A stretch of DNA of 34,422 bases from NCBI GenBank assembly GCA_038210945.1, contig JBBQWD010000001.1, forward strand, positions 1-34,422, in the 5' to 3' direction. Positions 9,368 through 18,644 of this stretch are shown here, in pieces. The notes beneath the pieces were generated by a model. It was not told the origin of the DNA. It searched no databases and saw only the letters and a program-made list of their open reading frames with translations. Both the position numbers and the translations under genes were made by a program. The stretch is from Gemmatimonadales bacterium. Lineage in GTDB: Bacteria > Gemmatimonadota > Gemmatimonadetes > Gemmatimonadales > Gemmatimonadaceae. Every line of letters begins with the position of its first letter. Position 1 is the stretch's first letter.

Positions 9368-10809
9368 GAGTATTCCATTCCAGTGGCGCGTTGGGCGTGC
9401 TCGCTTTAACCGTCATTCAGTCGACTGCCTTCGCTCAAGGCACGTTTGATCGCACCAAGCCACCCGAACTGGGTCCTCCGCCTCGTGTAGCGCTTCCGCC
9501 GATTGTAACTCGCGAGCTCCCGAACGGCCTCAAGCTGATGATCGTCGAGCAGCACGAGCTGCCTCTTGCCGACTTCGTCCTGCTCGTCGGAAGTGGGAGC
9601 ACCACTGACCCCACCAGCAAGACAGGCGTAGCAAATCTCACGTCCGCGATGCTCCGTGAAGGAACCGCAACGCGAAAGAGCCTCGAGATCGCGGATCAGA
9701 TTGCATTCCTCGGCATCAATCTGTCCCCGTCCAGCAGCTGGGAGTCGAGCACTCTGTCGCTCCACACTCCTACGGCTCAACTGGATAGCGCACTGGCGCT
9801 CTTCGCGGATGTCGCACTCCACCCATCCTTTCCGGCGAACGAATTCGAGCGGATCAGGAAGAGCCGGCTTACGGATCTCATTCGGTTGAAGGACCAAGGC
9901 CCCGCGATCGCCAATCTCGCGTTCCCGGCAATCATTTATGGGAGCGGACACCCGTACGGCGCTGCAACACTCGGAACGGAAACGTCGGTCAAATCGCTCT
10001 CCGTGACCGACCTCCAGAACTATTACCAGGCGAACTTCAAGCCGAACAACGCTACTCTGATCATCGTCGGGGACGTGAGCCCGAGTCAGATCGAACAGAA
10101 GATCAACGCAGTGTTCGGCGGTTGGCAGCGTGGCGATGTATCGCCGCTCACATATGCAGATCCACCGAAAGCCGGCACGACCACGATCTATCTCATCGAC
10201 AAGCCTGGGGCCGCTCAATCATCGTTTCGGATTGGTGCTGTAGGCGTCCCGCGCTCGACTAAAGACTACTTTGCTCTGTCTGTGATGAACACGATTCTTG
10301 GCGGGTCATTTTCCAGCCGACTCAATCAGAATCTTCGTGAGACCCGGGGCTATACCTATGGCGCAAGCACGCGGTTCGATATGAGGCGTGCTGCCGGCCC
10401 GTTCTCGGCATCGGCAGAAATAGTCGCGGCGAAAACAGATTCAGCACTGCTGGAGTTCATGAAGGAGTTGAACGCCATCCGGCAGACAGTACCTCCGACC
10501 GAGCTGTCTCGCGCCAAGCGATTCCTGCAGCTACAGCTCCCAGGGAATTTTGAGACCACGCAGGACATTGCGTTCCAGCTGGTTCCGGTCGCGCTTTACA
10601 GGCTGCCGTTGGACTACTACAACAACTACGTCCAGAACATCGAGGCTGTCACTCAAGCCGATGTCGCACGAGTCGCGCAGCAATATATCAATCCCGGCTC
10701 TTTGGCTGTCGTGATCGTGGGCGACAGAAAGAGCATTGAGCCAGGACTCAAGGCCATCAATGTCGCTCCTATCGTCATCAGAGACATGAGCGGCCAGCCG
10801 ATCCCTTAG
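9364..10809 (+). CDS. M16B peptidase, non-catalytic partner subunit, exported
   Basis: Signal peptide (..TAFA|Q) and M16 fold without HxxEH. Carries LGGSFSSRLNQNLRETRGYTYGA (R/Y substrate pair). ATGA overlap with the upstream gene. Confidence 0.9.
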   Translation: MRVFHSSGALGVLALTVIQSTAFAQGTFDRTKPPELGPPPRVALPPIVTRELPNGLKLMIVEQHELPLADFVLLVGSGSTTDPTSKTGVANLTSAMLREGTATRKSLEIADQIAFLGINLSPSSSWESSTLSLHTPTAQLDSALALFADVALHPSFPANEFERIRKSRLTDLIRLKDQGPAIANLAFPAIIYGSGHPYGAATLGTETSVKSLSVTDLQNYYQANFKPNNATLIIVGDVSPSQIEQKINAVFGGWQRGDVSPLTYADPPKAGTTTIYLIDKPGAAQSSFRIGAVGVPRSTKDYFALSVMNTILGGSFSSRLNQNLRETRGYTYGASTRFDMRRAAGPFSASAEIVAAKTDSALLEFMKELNAIRQTVPPTELSRAKRFLQLQLPGNFETTQDIAFQLVPVALYRLPLDYYNNYVQNIEAVTQADVARVAQQYINPGSLAVVIVGDRKSIEPGLKAINVAPIVIRDMSGQPIP

Positions 10810-10828
10810 CTGAAGAACGCGGCGGCGC

Positions 10829-10868
10829 AAAGAGGGCATGACCGGATAGATGGTCATGCCCTCTTTTT
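10829..10868. terminator. Bidirectional intrinsic terminator
   Basis: AAAGAGGGCATGACC-8nt loop-GGTCATGCCCTCTTT plus T tract, lying between convergent genes. Confidence 0.88.
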
Positions 10869-10878
10869 CGTATCGCGC

Positions 10879-11676
10879 CTATGGATTCAACGCCGCATTA
10901 ATCCACTTCCAATACTCGTCGGCACCGACGTCCGTTACGTCGTTGTGTCCGGCATTTTCTACGAGGAGGAACTGCCCCTTTCGTTTCGCCGCCTCGTACA
11001 CTTCGACTCCCATCCTGAAGGGCACCACGCGATCGCGTTTCCCGTGCGCGACTGAAACAGGCGCATCGAGGCGTGATACGGCTTGGATCGTGTCGAAATG
11101 GATACGCGAGACTGTCTTCCAGACCAGAACTACTGGAGCAGATACGATGAGTCTCGCCATCGCGCGTGCAGACGAGAATGGCGACTGCAGCAGCAGAGCC
11201 CTCGGAGGGTGGATCTCAGCCAGCTCTGCTGCTATGGCGCTTCCGAGCGAATGTCCAAAGTAGGCAATGCGCCCGCGATCGAGACCGAAAGCAGACACGA
11301 GATGATCATGTGCTGCTTGCGCGTCAAGCTTTGTGTTCGAGTAAGTAGGGGACCCGCCGAGTGACATGTAGCCACGGTATTCGGCAAGAAAAACGGCATG
11401 GTTCGTATTCCGCAGTACCTCACGCGCCCAGTCGAGCTGCCACATGGCGAGATCGGCGTTGCCATGAAAGCAGAGGAGAACTCCAGAAGTGGCTCGTGGA
11501 TCTCCGACGACAAACCCAACCAGTCGTTGTCCATCCGAGGCCTCGTAATACACGTGTCCGAATTCAACCGGAGCCTCATGTAGCCTCGGCGGCTGAAAGA
11601 GAATTCGCTCCTGGGCCCACCAGATCAGCAAGAGGAACCCGCACAGCAGCCCAAGAATCAAGAGCGCGCTAATCAC
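10879..11676 (-). CDS. Alpha/beta hydrolase (ABHD13/17, Bem46-like), N-terminal membrane anchor
   Basis: TM helix, QERILFQP, FHGNA, EYRGY, nucleophile GHSLG, HGKRDRVVP (Asp) and AGHND (His). Confidence 0.92.
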   Translation of the reverse strand: MISALLILGLLCGFLLLIWWAQERILFQPPRLHEAPVEFGHVYYEASDGQRLVGFVVGDPRATSGVLLCFHGNADLAMWQLDWAREVLRNTNHAVFLAEYRGYMSLGGSPTYSNTKLDAQAAHDHLVSAFGLDRGRIAYFGHSLGSAIAAELAEIHPPRALLLQSPFSSARAMARLIVSAPVVLVWKTVSRIHFDTIQAVSRLDAPVSVAHGKRDRVVPFRMGVEVYEAAKRKGQFLLVENAGHNDVTDVGADEYWKWINAALNP

Positions 11677-11729
11677 GCGAGCACGTCGAGGGGGTTCCAG
11701 TGGGTTTGCATGGCGGGCAATTTACGACA

Positions 11730-13040
11730 ATGCGAATTCCAATAGAAACCTTCCACCTGGAAAACGGGCTTTTCGTCACACTGTCCGAGGATCACACTGC
11801 GCCGATCGTCGCGGTGAATCTCTGGTATCACGTCGGATCGGCGAACGAGAAACCCGGCAGGACCGGATTCGCACATCTGTTCGAGCACATGCTCTTCCAG
11901 GGTTCGGCGCACGTCGGATCGAACGAACACTTCGAGCTGATCCAACGAGCGGGCGGAACCCTGAACGGATCAACCTGGCTCGAGCGGACGAACTACTTCG
12001 AGACTATTCCGTCAAACGAGCTCGCGCTGGCACTGTGGCTGGAAGCCGATCGCATGGGTGAGCTGCTCCCAGCCATGACTCAGGAGAAGCTGGACACGCA
12101 ACGCGATGTCGTAAAGAACGAACGACGGTGGTCCGTCGACAATCAGCCGTACGGGACGATGCTGGAAAAGATGCAGGAGCTGGTCTTCCCGCCATCCCAC
12201 CCATTTCAGCATTCGCTGATCGGATCGATGGATGACCTGACGGCGGCATCACTCGATGATGTCGCGCAGTTTTTCTCCACGTACTACAGGCCGGATAACG
12301 CGGTTCTTTCGATAGCCGGAGATTTCGATCCTGCGGATGCGCGACGGTTGATTTCCGAATACTTCGGGCCGATTCCAAGAGGGAAAGGAAAGCCTCCGCT
12401 GGCGCCAATGAATCTTCCGCCGGTGTTCGGAAAACGATTACGCGAAGTCGTCCACGATGACGTGAGTCTTCCCCGACTGTTCACGGTCTTTCGCTCCCCT
12501 GTTTTTGGAAGCGAGAACTATTATGCCGCGAGCGTGGCATCGGCGGTTCTCGGGCTCAGAAAGGGAAGCCGGCTGCACCGGTCCCTGGTACGGGAGCGAC
12601 AAATTGCAGCAGATGCATCCGCCTTCACTTTCGATCTGGCAAAGGGGACCGACCTATTAGTGATCGATGTGACCGCACGGCCGGAAACCGGAGTCTCGCA
12701 GCTCGAAGAGGAGGTCGAGCGGGAGATCGACGTCCTCTATCGCGCAGGAGTAACCGAGTCCGAGGTGGGGAGAGCGATCGCCCTCATCGAAACCGATCTG
12801 GTAGCCTCACTGCAGTCTGCGGGCGAACGCGCCGACAGGCTCTCGATGTTCGCCACCTACTTCGCTCGGCCAGAACTCATCAACGAGCAGGTAGATCGAT
12901 ACCGGACGGTGACCGCGAAGCGGGTCAACGACCTCATTTCCGAGCGATTCGGTCAGGACAACCGCGCAAGCCTGCTCTACGTTCCGAAAGAGGGTGTCGA
13001 GTCTGATGGTGTTCTGGCGGCTGCGGCAAGCACAGGCTGA
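11730..13040 (+). CDS. M16B peptidase, catalytic subunit, cytoplasmic
   Basis: WYHVGS, GFAHLFEHMLF and VVKNERR. No signal peptide; the protein starts MRIPIETFHLENGL. Confidence 0.93.
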   Translation: MRIPIETFHLENGLFVTLSEDHTAPIVAVNLWYHVGSANEKPGRTGFAHLFEHMLFQGSAHVGSNEHFELIQRAGGTLNGSTWLERTNYFETIPSNELALALWLEADRMGELLPAMTQEKLDTQRDVVKNERRWSVDNQPYGTMLEKMQELVFPPSHPFQHSLIGSMDDLTAASLDDVAQFFSTYYRPDNAVLSIAGDFDPADARRLISEYFGPIPRGKGKPPLAPMNLPPVFGKRLREVVHDDVSLPRLFTVFRSPVFGSENYYAASVASAVLGLRKGSRLHRSLVRERQIAADASAFTFDLAKGTDLLVIDVTARPETGVSQLEEEVEREIDVLYRAGVTESEVGRAIALIETDLVASLQSAGERADRLSMFATYFARPELINEQVDRYRTVTAKRVNDLISERFGQDNRASLLYVPKEGVESDGVLAAAASTG

Positions 13041-14389
13041 TGGTCACCTCTCTCCGCCCGAAATCAGGACCGGCACGGCGATATCATTTCCCGGACTTTC
13101 ACGACGCGGTGTTGCCGAGCGGAATTCGCTTAGTAACGGCTCCGGTGAAAAAACTTCCGCTGGCCACGGTGCTGGTAGTCGTAGATGCCGGGTCTGTGAG
13201 CGAACCCCGAGGCAAAGAGGGAATCGCATCGCTTGCAGCGGCAGGACTCCTTGAAGGTACCAACCGATTCGACGGGGCCGAGCTGGCGGAGAAGTTCGAG
13301 CAGCTTGGTACTTCCCTGGAATCGGGGGCAGACTGGGATAGCGCGGTCATCAAGTTCACCACCTTGTCCGACCAGTTGGAAGAGGCAACGCGGTTGCTCG
13401 GCGAGGTGATCAGCAGTCCCGTCTTTCCGGAGCGGGAAGTTGAGCGCCTCAAGGCCGAGCGACTGGCGGAAATCCTCCAGTTGGAGACCGAGCCCCGCGG
13501 ATTGGCGGACGAGAAATTCTCAGAGTTTCTCTATTCGCCCGAATCCCGGTACTCCAGGCCAGACGAGGGAAGCACGGAGAGCGTCAATGCCCTCTCACGT
13601 GAAGATGTCGAGCAGTTCTATGGATCGAATTATCGAGCAGGAACTACGACCGTTATCATTGCGGGAGATGTCACACCAGAACGAACGCGTGCCTTGGTCA
13701 CGGATGCTTTCCGAAACTGGCCCTCGGGATCGGCTCAAGAGCCACAGCTTACGACAGCCGCACGGACCAAGGGACGACACGTTCACATTGTGCACAAGCC
13801 GGAAGCGCCGCAATCGGAGCTTCGGGTAGGACACGTCGGATTGCCGCGCAGGCATCCCGATTTTTTCCCGACGATGGTAATGAACGCGGTGCTTGGCGGC
13901 CTTTTCGGCTCGCGGATCAATCTCAATCTCCGCGAAGTCCACGGTTACACCTATGGCGCGTCATCCTACTACGACTGGCGGCGCGGAGCAGGTCCATTCG
14001 TCGTATCGACGGCCGTAGAGAGCGAAGTCACCTCACCGGCACTCACGGAAATTCTTCTCGAGATCGACCGAATTCGTAGCGACAGGATCTCTGACGAAGA
14101 GCTGTCTCTTGCTCGTGACTATCTCGAGGGAGTCTTCCCGATTCGCTACGAGACTACAGCGGCAATAGCCTCAGCTCTGGCGACGCTTGTGATCCATGAC
14201 CTACCGCCAGACTACTACGATACCTATCGCAAGAACATCCACAGCGTGTCGGCCGACGCGGTGCTTGAGGCAGCGATCGCTCATCTCCATCCGAGCGAGC
14301 TGCAAACGGTCATAGTCGGTGACGCAAAAATGATTCAGGGCGCTCTCGCCGATTCGAAATTCGGCGAGCTGGTCGTTCATAACGGATAG
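13040..14389 (+). CDS. M16B peptidase, non-catalytic partner subunit, cytoplasmic
   Basis: No HxxEH. Carries LGGLFGSRINLNLREVHGYTYGA. TGATG overlap with the upstream gene. Confidence 0.9.
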   Translation: MVTSLRPKSGPARRYHFPDFHDAVLPSGIRLVTAPVKKLPLATVLVVVDAGSVSEPRGKEGIASLAAAGLLEGTNRFDGAELAEKFEQLGTSLESGADWDSAVIKFTTLSDQLEEATRLLGEVISSPVFPEREVERLKAERLAEILQLETEPRGLADEKFSEFLYSPESRYSRPDEGSTESVNALSREDVEQFYGSNYRAGTTTVIIAGDVTPERTRALVTDAFRNWPSGSAQEPQLTTAARTKGRHVHIVHKPEAPQSELRVGHVGLPRRHPDFFPTMVMNAVLGGLFGSRINLNLREVHGYTYGASSYYDWRRGAGPFVVSTAVESEVTSPALTEILLEIDRIRSDRISDEELSLARDYLEGVFPIRYETTAAIASALATLVIHDLPPDYYDTYRKNIHSVSADAVLEAAIAHLHPSELQTVIVGDAKMIQGALADSKFGELVVHNG

Positions 14390-14396
14390 GGGAGAG

Positions 14397-14963
14397 GTGA
14401 CAAAGGAAGGATCGGACGAGCCCGGGCGGATAGATTCGCGCCGTGTCTATACCGGCAAGGTCATCTCACTCGACGTGGATCGGGTCAGGTTTCCCGACGG
14501 ATCCGTCGGTGAGCTCGAGATGATAAGGCATCCGGGTGCGAGCGCTGTCGTCCCCTTCCTCAGCGATCCCCGTGGAGCGGATCCCCAGGTCCTGATGATT
14601 CGACAGTACCGGTACGCGGCAGACGGCTATCTCCTCGAAATCCCAGCCGGACGACTCGACCCGGGAGAGGATCCTCGCGATTGTGCCTTGAGGGAGCTTA
14701 AAGAAGAAACCGGCTGTTCAGCTACGCAGGTCGATCATCTCTTCACGATGTATACGACTCCCGGATTCACGGACGAGAAAATTCACCTCTTCATGGCAAC
14801 GGGCCTGACGGCAGGGGAGGCCAAACGTGAATCGGACGAGTTTCTCGATCTCGAGCCGATACCACTCTCGCGTGCGTTGGAACTGGTGGAAGCCGGTGAG
14901 ATCAAGGACGCCAAAACCGCGCTCGGTCTCCTCTTCGCCGCGGGATTTCGCGCCGGCCGTTAA
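14397..14963 (+). CDS. Nudix hydrolase, ADP-ribose pyrophosphatase-like
   Basis: QYRY, Nudix box GRLDPGEDPRDCALRELKEETGC, TPGFTDE and IKDAKT. Confidence 0.92.
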   Translation: MTKEGSDEPGRIDSRRVYTGKVISLDVDRVRFPDGSVGELEMIRHPGASAVVPFLSDPRGADPQVLMIRQYRYAADGYLLEIPAGRLDPGEDPRDCALRELKEETGCSATQVDHLFTMYTTPGFTDEKIHLFMATGLTAGEAKRESDEFLDLEPIPLSRALELVEAGEIKDAKTALGLLFAAGFRAGR

Positions 14964-15069
14964 CCCTTTGGGCCAAATTGGCGTCTAATCAACCAAGGAC
15001 GCTGACATGTCATGTAAAGAGGACAGATTGGCAGAATCTGGACAAGCTCTACCTTCCAGGTGAACCGTC

Positions 15070-15094
15070 TAAGTCCTTGTCAATCCATAAGTTA
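15070..15094. promoter_or_regulatory. IHF-like binding site
   Basis: TAAGTCCTTGTCAATCCATAAGTTA. AATCCATAAGTTA is one mismatch from WATCAANNNNTTR and lies just upstream of a -24/-12 motif. Confidence 0.6.
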
Positions 15095-15109
15095 AGCCTG
15101 ACAGTCGCC

Positions 15110-15125
15110 CGGCATGGCCCGTGCA
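15110..15125 (+). promoter_or_regulatory. sigma54 (-24/-12) promoter for the ECF sigma gene
   Basis: CGGCATGGCCCGTGCA has the GG-N10-GC spacing and resembles TGGCACG-N4-TTGC. Confidence 0.65.
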
Positions 15126-15207
15126 TTATAGGGTAGCGCAGAAAAGTTCCAATGAGAGATGTGCACGATCCAGTGTCGTGAGAGTCTCCATTTAATTAGG
15201 AGAGAAA

Positions 15208-15846
15208 ATGGCTGACATCGTCCGTAAGCAGAAAGTCTCAGTTGAAGTAGCGACCGTCAGGGAGCGCCTGCAGGCGATGGATGACTCAGCCGTCGTTACT
15301 GCCTTCCTTGGTGGTGAGGAGCGTGCCTTCTCAGAGTTGGTGACTCGTTACCAGACCCGTCTCCTGAATTTCGTGTACCGTACGATCGGCGATCGGGAAA
15401 AGGCTGAGGATCTGGTACAGGAAGTATTCATTCGGGTTTACCGCCATCTGCATCGCTTCGACAGGTCAAAGAAGTTTTCGACCTGGGTCTATACGATTGC
15501 ATCGAATTTGGCGAAGAACGAGCTTCGCAACCGCTCCCGTAATCCTCTGGTCCTCTTCCAGACGGTTCAGAAGAACTTTCAGGATGAAGACCGGCCACTA
15601 CAGTTCGAGGACACGACCTCGCGTCCGGACGACATGTACCGCAAGCGGCATTTGCGGGAGATAGTCGAGGAAACGGTGGCCAAGCTCCCCGAGCACCACA
15701 GGAATGTGTTCATCCTGCGAGAGCTGGAAGGCAAGTCCTATGAAGAGATCGCGGAGATCACCGACTGCAATCTCGGGACGGTAAAGTCCCGCCTCAACCG
15801 GGCAAGGAATTCGTTCGCGGAGATCATTGCCCCATATGTAGATTAG
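15208..15846 (+). CDS. ECF sigma-70 factor (RpoE/SigW-like)
   Basis: AGGAG RBS. Region 2 AEDLVQEVFIRVY..FSTWVYTIASN and region 4 LRELEGKSYEEIAEI...GTVKSRLNRAR. Confidence 0.96.
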   Translation: MADIVRKQKVSVEVATVRERLQAMDDSAVVTAFLGGEERAFSELVTRYQTRLLNFVYRTIGDREKAEDLVQEVFIRVYRHLHRFDRSKKFSTWVYTIASNLAKNELRNRSRNPLVLFQTVQKNFQDEDRPLQFEDTTSRPDDMYRKRHLREIVEETVAKLPEHHRNVFILRELEGKSYEEIAEITDCNLGTVKSRLNRARNSFAEIIAPYVD

Positions 15847-15912
15847 GTCTGACGGTTCGGGAACAGGCGCCCTGCTGCTGGGTACCTGTTACCGAACCCT
15901 CAACCTATCTTC

Positions 15913-16446
15913 ATGGACTGCCGCGATTTTTGTGATCAGCATCTTGCATTCGTAGACGATACCCTGGCTGGTATCGAGCTCGTTCGCATGCAGCGGCACC
16001 TTTTGGAATGTGAAAGCTGCGCGAAGCAAGATGCTAAGATCCGCCGCGCGCTTCTCCTGTTCAGAAACCTCCCCTCCATAGAGCCATCCGCGGACTTTTC
16101 CCAGCGGCTCGAAGCGCGTCTCAGGAATTGCGAATACGACGATCTGTTCGCTACGACGCAGCGCAATCTCAGACGTGGCGCCATCGCGGCGACGATCGCC
16201 AGCGTGTTGATGCTGGGATATATCGGAACGACGCTCTTCCATTCCGACGGTCCACGCGATCTCGTGATGGCCCCGGTAGTAGCAAACATTCCAGAGCCGG
16301 ACCTCACTCCAATCACTACCTCGACCCCGGCAATAGTTACGTCCGTATCAGCGGGACTAACTATTTGGCCAGCTGCCCTCTTTGCGGAGCAAGTTCCGGT
16401 TCGGTTTGCCCACTCCAGCCTCGAGCTCGCGAACTACACCCGCTAG
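15913..16446 (+). CDS. Zinc-binding (zf-HC2/ZAS) membrane anti-sigma factor
   Basis: MDC...HLLECESC (HxxxCxxC), single TM GAIAATIASVLMLGYIG, directly downstream of the ECF sigma. Confidence 0.85.
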   Translation: MDCRDFCDQHLAFVDDTLAGIELVRMQRHLLECESCAKQDAKIRRALLLFRNLPSIEPSADFSQRLEARLRNCEYDDLFATTQRNLRRGAIAATIASVLMLGYIGTTLFHSDGPRDLVMAPVVANIPEPDLTPITTSTPAIVTSVSAGLTIWPAALFAEQVPVRFAHSSLELANYTR

Positions 16447-16494
16447 CGCTCCGGAACCATCGGCAGCCTGGAAGGGGTGCCGTATATTTCGAGG

Positions 16495-17556
16495 ATGTCT
16501 GCCTCCTCGCTCAAAACACTTCGTGATGCCCTCAAGCGCCGGTCTTTCGACGGCGCTTATTTCATCACTGGCGAGGACGATTACCAGAAAGATGATGCGA
16601 TACGACAGCTGGTCGAGGCCGCTCTCGAGCCCTCCTCCCGGGACTTCAACCTGGATACGAGAAGAGCCGCGGAAATCGATCCGGAGACGTTAGGCGTCCT
16701 GCTCTCCACTCCACCGATGATGGCGGAGCGAAGAGTCATCGTCCTTCGGGATGTTAACGCGCTAAAAAAGGACGCGCGAAAAGCCCTCGACCAATACCTG
16801 AAAAGCCCAGCGCCGGACCTGCTCCTCATCATGACTGGGGCCGCGGGAACCAAAGCAGATCCAGCCCTCGCCGCTGTGACCACCGTACTCGAATTCGGAT
16901 TCCTAACCGGTGACAGGATACCGAGATGGATCGCGCACTATGCCACGAACGGGCTCGGTATCCGGATTTCCGCGCCCGCGATTGAGCTTCTTCAGGCTGC
17001 GGTCGGAAGCGACCTCCATCAACTGGCGGGAGAGCTGGATAAGCTTGCCAGCTACGTACAAGGCCGGGATGAAGAAATCGGTGAGGATACCGTTGCTGCC
17101 ATCGTTGGAGTCAGACGTGGTGAGACGCAGACCGATCTGCTCGATGCCGTCGCCGACAGAAACGTGTCGCGCTCGCTGGAGCTGATCTCTCATGTTCTAG
17201 GTCAGCCGAAAACAACGGCCGTTTCAGTCGTCATGGCATTGTCGACCCAGATGCTGGCAATTTCGTGGGGACGCGCCCGGCTGGATGAAGGTCTTTCCAG
17301 AGGCCGCCTCGCGCAGGAATACTTCGATTTTCTGAAGGAGACTGGAGCCTTCACCGGCCGGTCATGGGGCTCCGCGACCGCCGTTTGGGCTCGCGCGGCG
17401 GAACGCTGGAGCCAGGAAGCACTCGACCGCGCGCTCGACTCGCTGCTCGAAGCGGATGTCGCACTGAAGGAGAGCAGGGTCTCGTCCGAAGAACAATTGC
17501 TGGCAACGGTAGTACTCAGTCTGTGCGCAGCCGACGAAAGAAACGCTGCCGCGTGA
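16495..17556 (+). CDS. holA: DNA polymerase III delta subunit
   Basis: YFITGEDDY, DFNLD, TPPMMAERRVI, LAGELDKL and LLEADVALK. Confidence 0.92.
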   Translation: MSASSLKTLRDALKRRSFDGAYFITGEDDYQKDDAIRQLVEAALEPSSRDFNLDTRRAAEIDPETLGVLLSTPPMMAERRVIVLRDVNALKKDARKALDQYLKSPAPDLLLIMTGAAGTKADPALAAVTTVLEFGFLTGDRIPRWIAHYATNGLGIRISAPAIELLQAAVGSDLHQLAGELDKLASYVQGRDEEIGEDTVAAIVGVRRGETQTDLLDAVADRNVSRSLELISHVLGQPKTTAVSVVMALSTQMLAISWGRARLDEGLSRGRLAQEYFDFLKETGAFTGRSWGSATAVWARAAERWSQEALDRALDSLLEADVALKESRVSSEEQLLATVVLSLCAADERNAAA

Positions 17557-17576
17557 GCCAATAGGAGAGTGGTAAG

Positions 17577-18644
17577 ATGTTCAGATGGACATACCTTCCC
17601 GGCGCACTTCTATCATGTGCCGCCGCACTGGCGGTTGCGCAGACGCCTGCTCGATTGACCGATCCGGTTTTCGTAAGGGCCCAAGGGCTTGTGAGCGATG
17701 GAAACGGTGTGGCAGGGAGAGCACTGATCGATTCCGTAATTGCGGCGACCCAACCCACGGCGCGCCTGTACCCCGAAGCGCTGTACTGGCGAGCAAGCCT
17801 CGCATCAAACGCGGCGGATGCGGAGAGCGATTACAAGCACATAGTGGTTGATTATCCGCTCGCACCCCAGGCTGAAGACGCCCTGCTGCGTCTGGCACAG
17901 CTCGAGCTTGCCCGCGGAGACCGAGAAGGCGCGCTTATCCATCTTCAGCGGATCCCGCGCGATTATCCGCGAAGCAAGTCGCTCGCGAGGGCAAGCTATT
18001 GGACCGCGAGAGTCCTCTTCGAGAAGAATGATGTTCCGGGCGCGTGTGCCGCAAATGCAAATGCGCTCTCACAAGCAGGAGACGCGGAAATAGAGCTGCG
18101 AAATCAGATACAGTATCAAGGTCAGCGTTGTCCGTCGGTTGCAGCAAGCGCGCCCACTACGCCGGCGAGCGTGACTACTCCAGCTCCAAATATCCCAACC
18201 CCAACGCCACCCGCTCCGACCGCCTCGCCGGTAACAGGGAAGGTATCGGTCGCTGACACACTCACTGCCACCGCATCGGTCCCGGCCTCAACGGTTACTC
18301 AGAACCAGCGACCGAAGGCTCCGACCGGAGGCAATGATACGAAGCCGATTACGGTCGACATTGCGAAGTCACCAGCAACAGTGAAATCGACGGCGAAGCC
18401 TTCAACGGTATCGCGTCCAAGCAGTTATTCGGTGCAGGTGGCAGCGTATAATCGTAGAGCTGAAGCGGACAAACTCGCTTCCAGCCTGACGAAGCGGGGC
18501 TATCAGGCGCGAGTCGATGGCAATGTTGCGCCTTTCCGAGTCAGGATCGGGCGGTACGCTACGACCAAGGACGCCGAGGATGCACTGAAAAGAATCAAGG
18601 CAAAGCATATGGATGGATTCGTAGTACGAGCCCCCGAGCGGTAA
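17577..18644 (+). CDS. Exported TPR + Pro/Thr linker + SPOR domain protein
   Basis: Signal peptide, TPR repeats (ALYWRA, DYPLAPQAEDALLRLAQ, DYPRS..A.YW), low-complexity PT linker and C-terminal SPOR (YSVQVAAY...FRVRIGRY). Confidence 0.88.
   Translation: MFRWTYLPGALLSCAAALAVAQTPARLTDPVFVRAQGLVSDGNGVAGRALIDSVIAATQPTARLYPEALYWRASLASNAADAESDYKHIVVDYPLAPQAEDALLRLAQLELARGDREGALIHLQRIPRDYPRSKSLARASYWTARVLFEKNDVPGACAANANALSQAGDAEIELRNQIQYQGQRCPSVAASAPTTPASVTTPAPNIPTPTPPAPTASPVTGKVSVADTLTATASVPASTVTQNQRPKAPTGGNDTKPITVDIAKSPATVKSTAKPSTVSRPSSYSVQVAAYNRRAEADKLASSLTKRGYQARVDGNVAPFRVRIGRYATTKDAEDALKRIKAKHMDGFVVRAPER

Noticed and set aside
5772-14389. RiPP or PQQ-like cluster (small ORF plus M16 proteases)
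   Set aside because: No radical SAM, YcaO, lanthipeptide or RRE genes are present, and the small ORF looks like a folded DUF4177 domain rather than a precursor.
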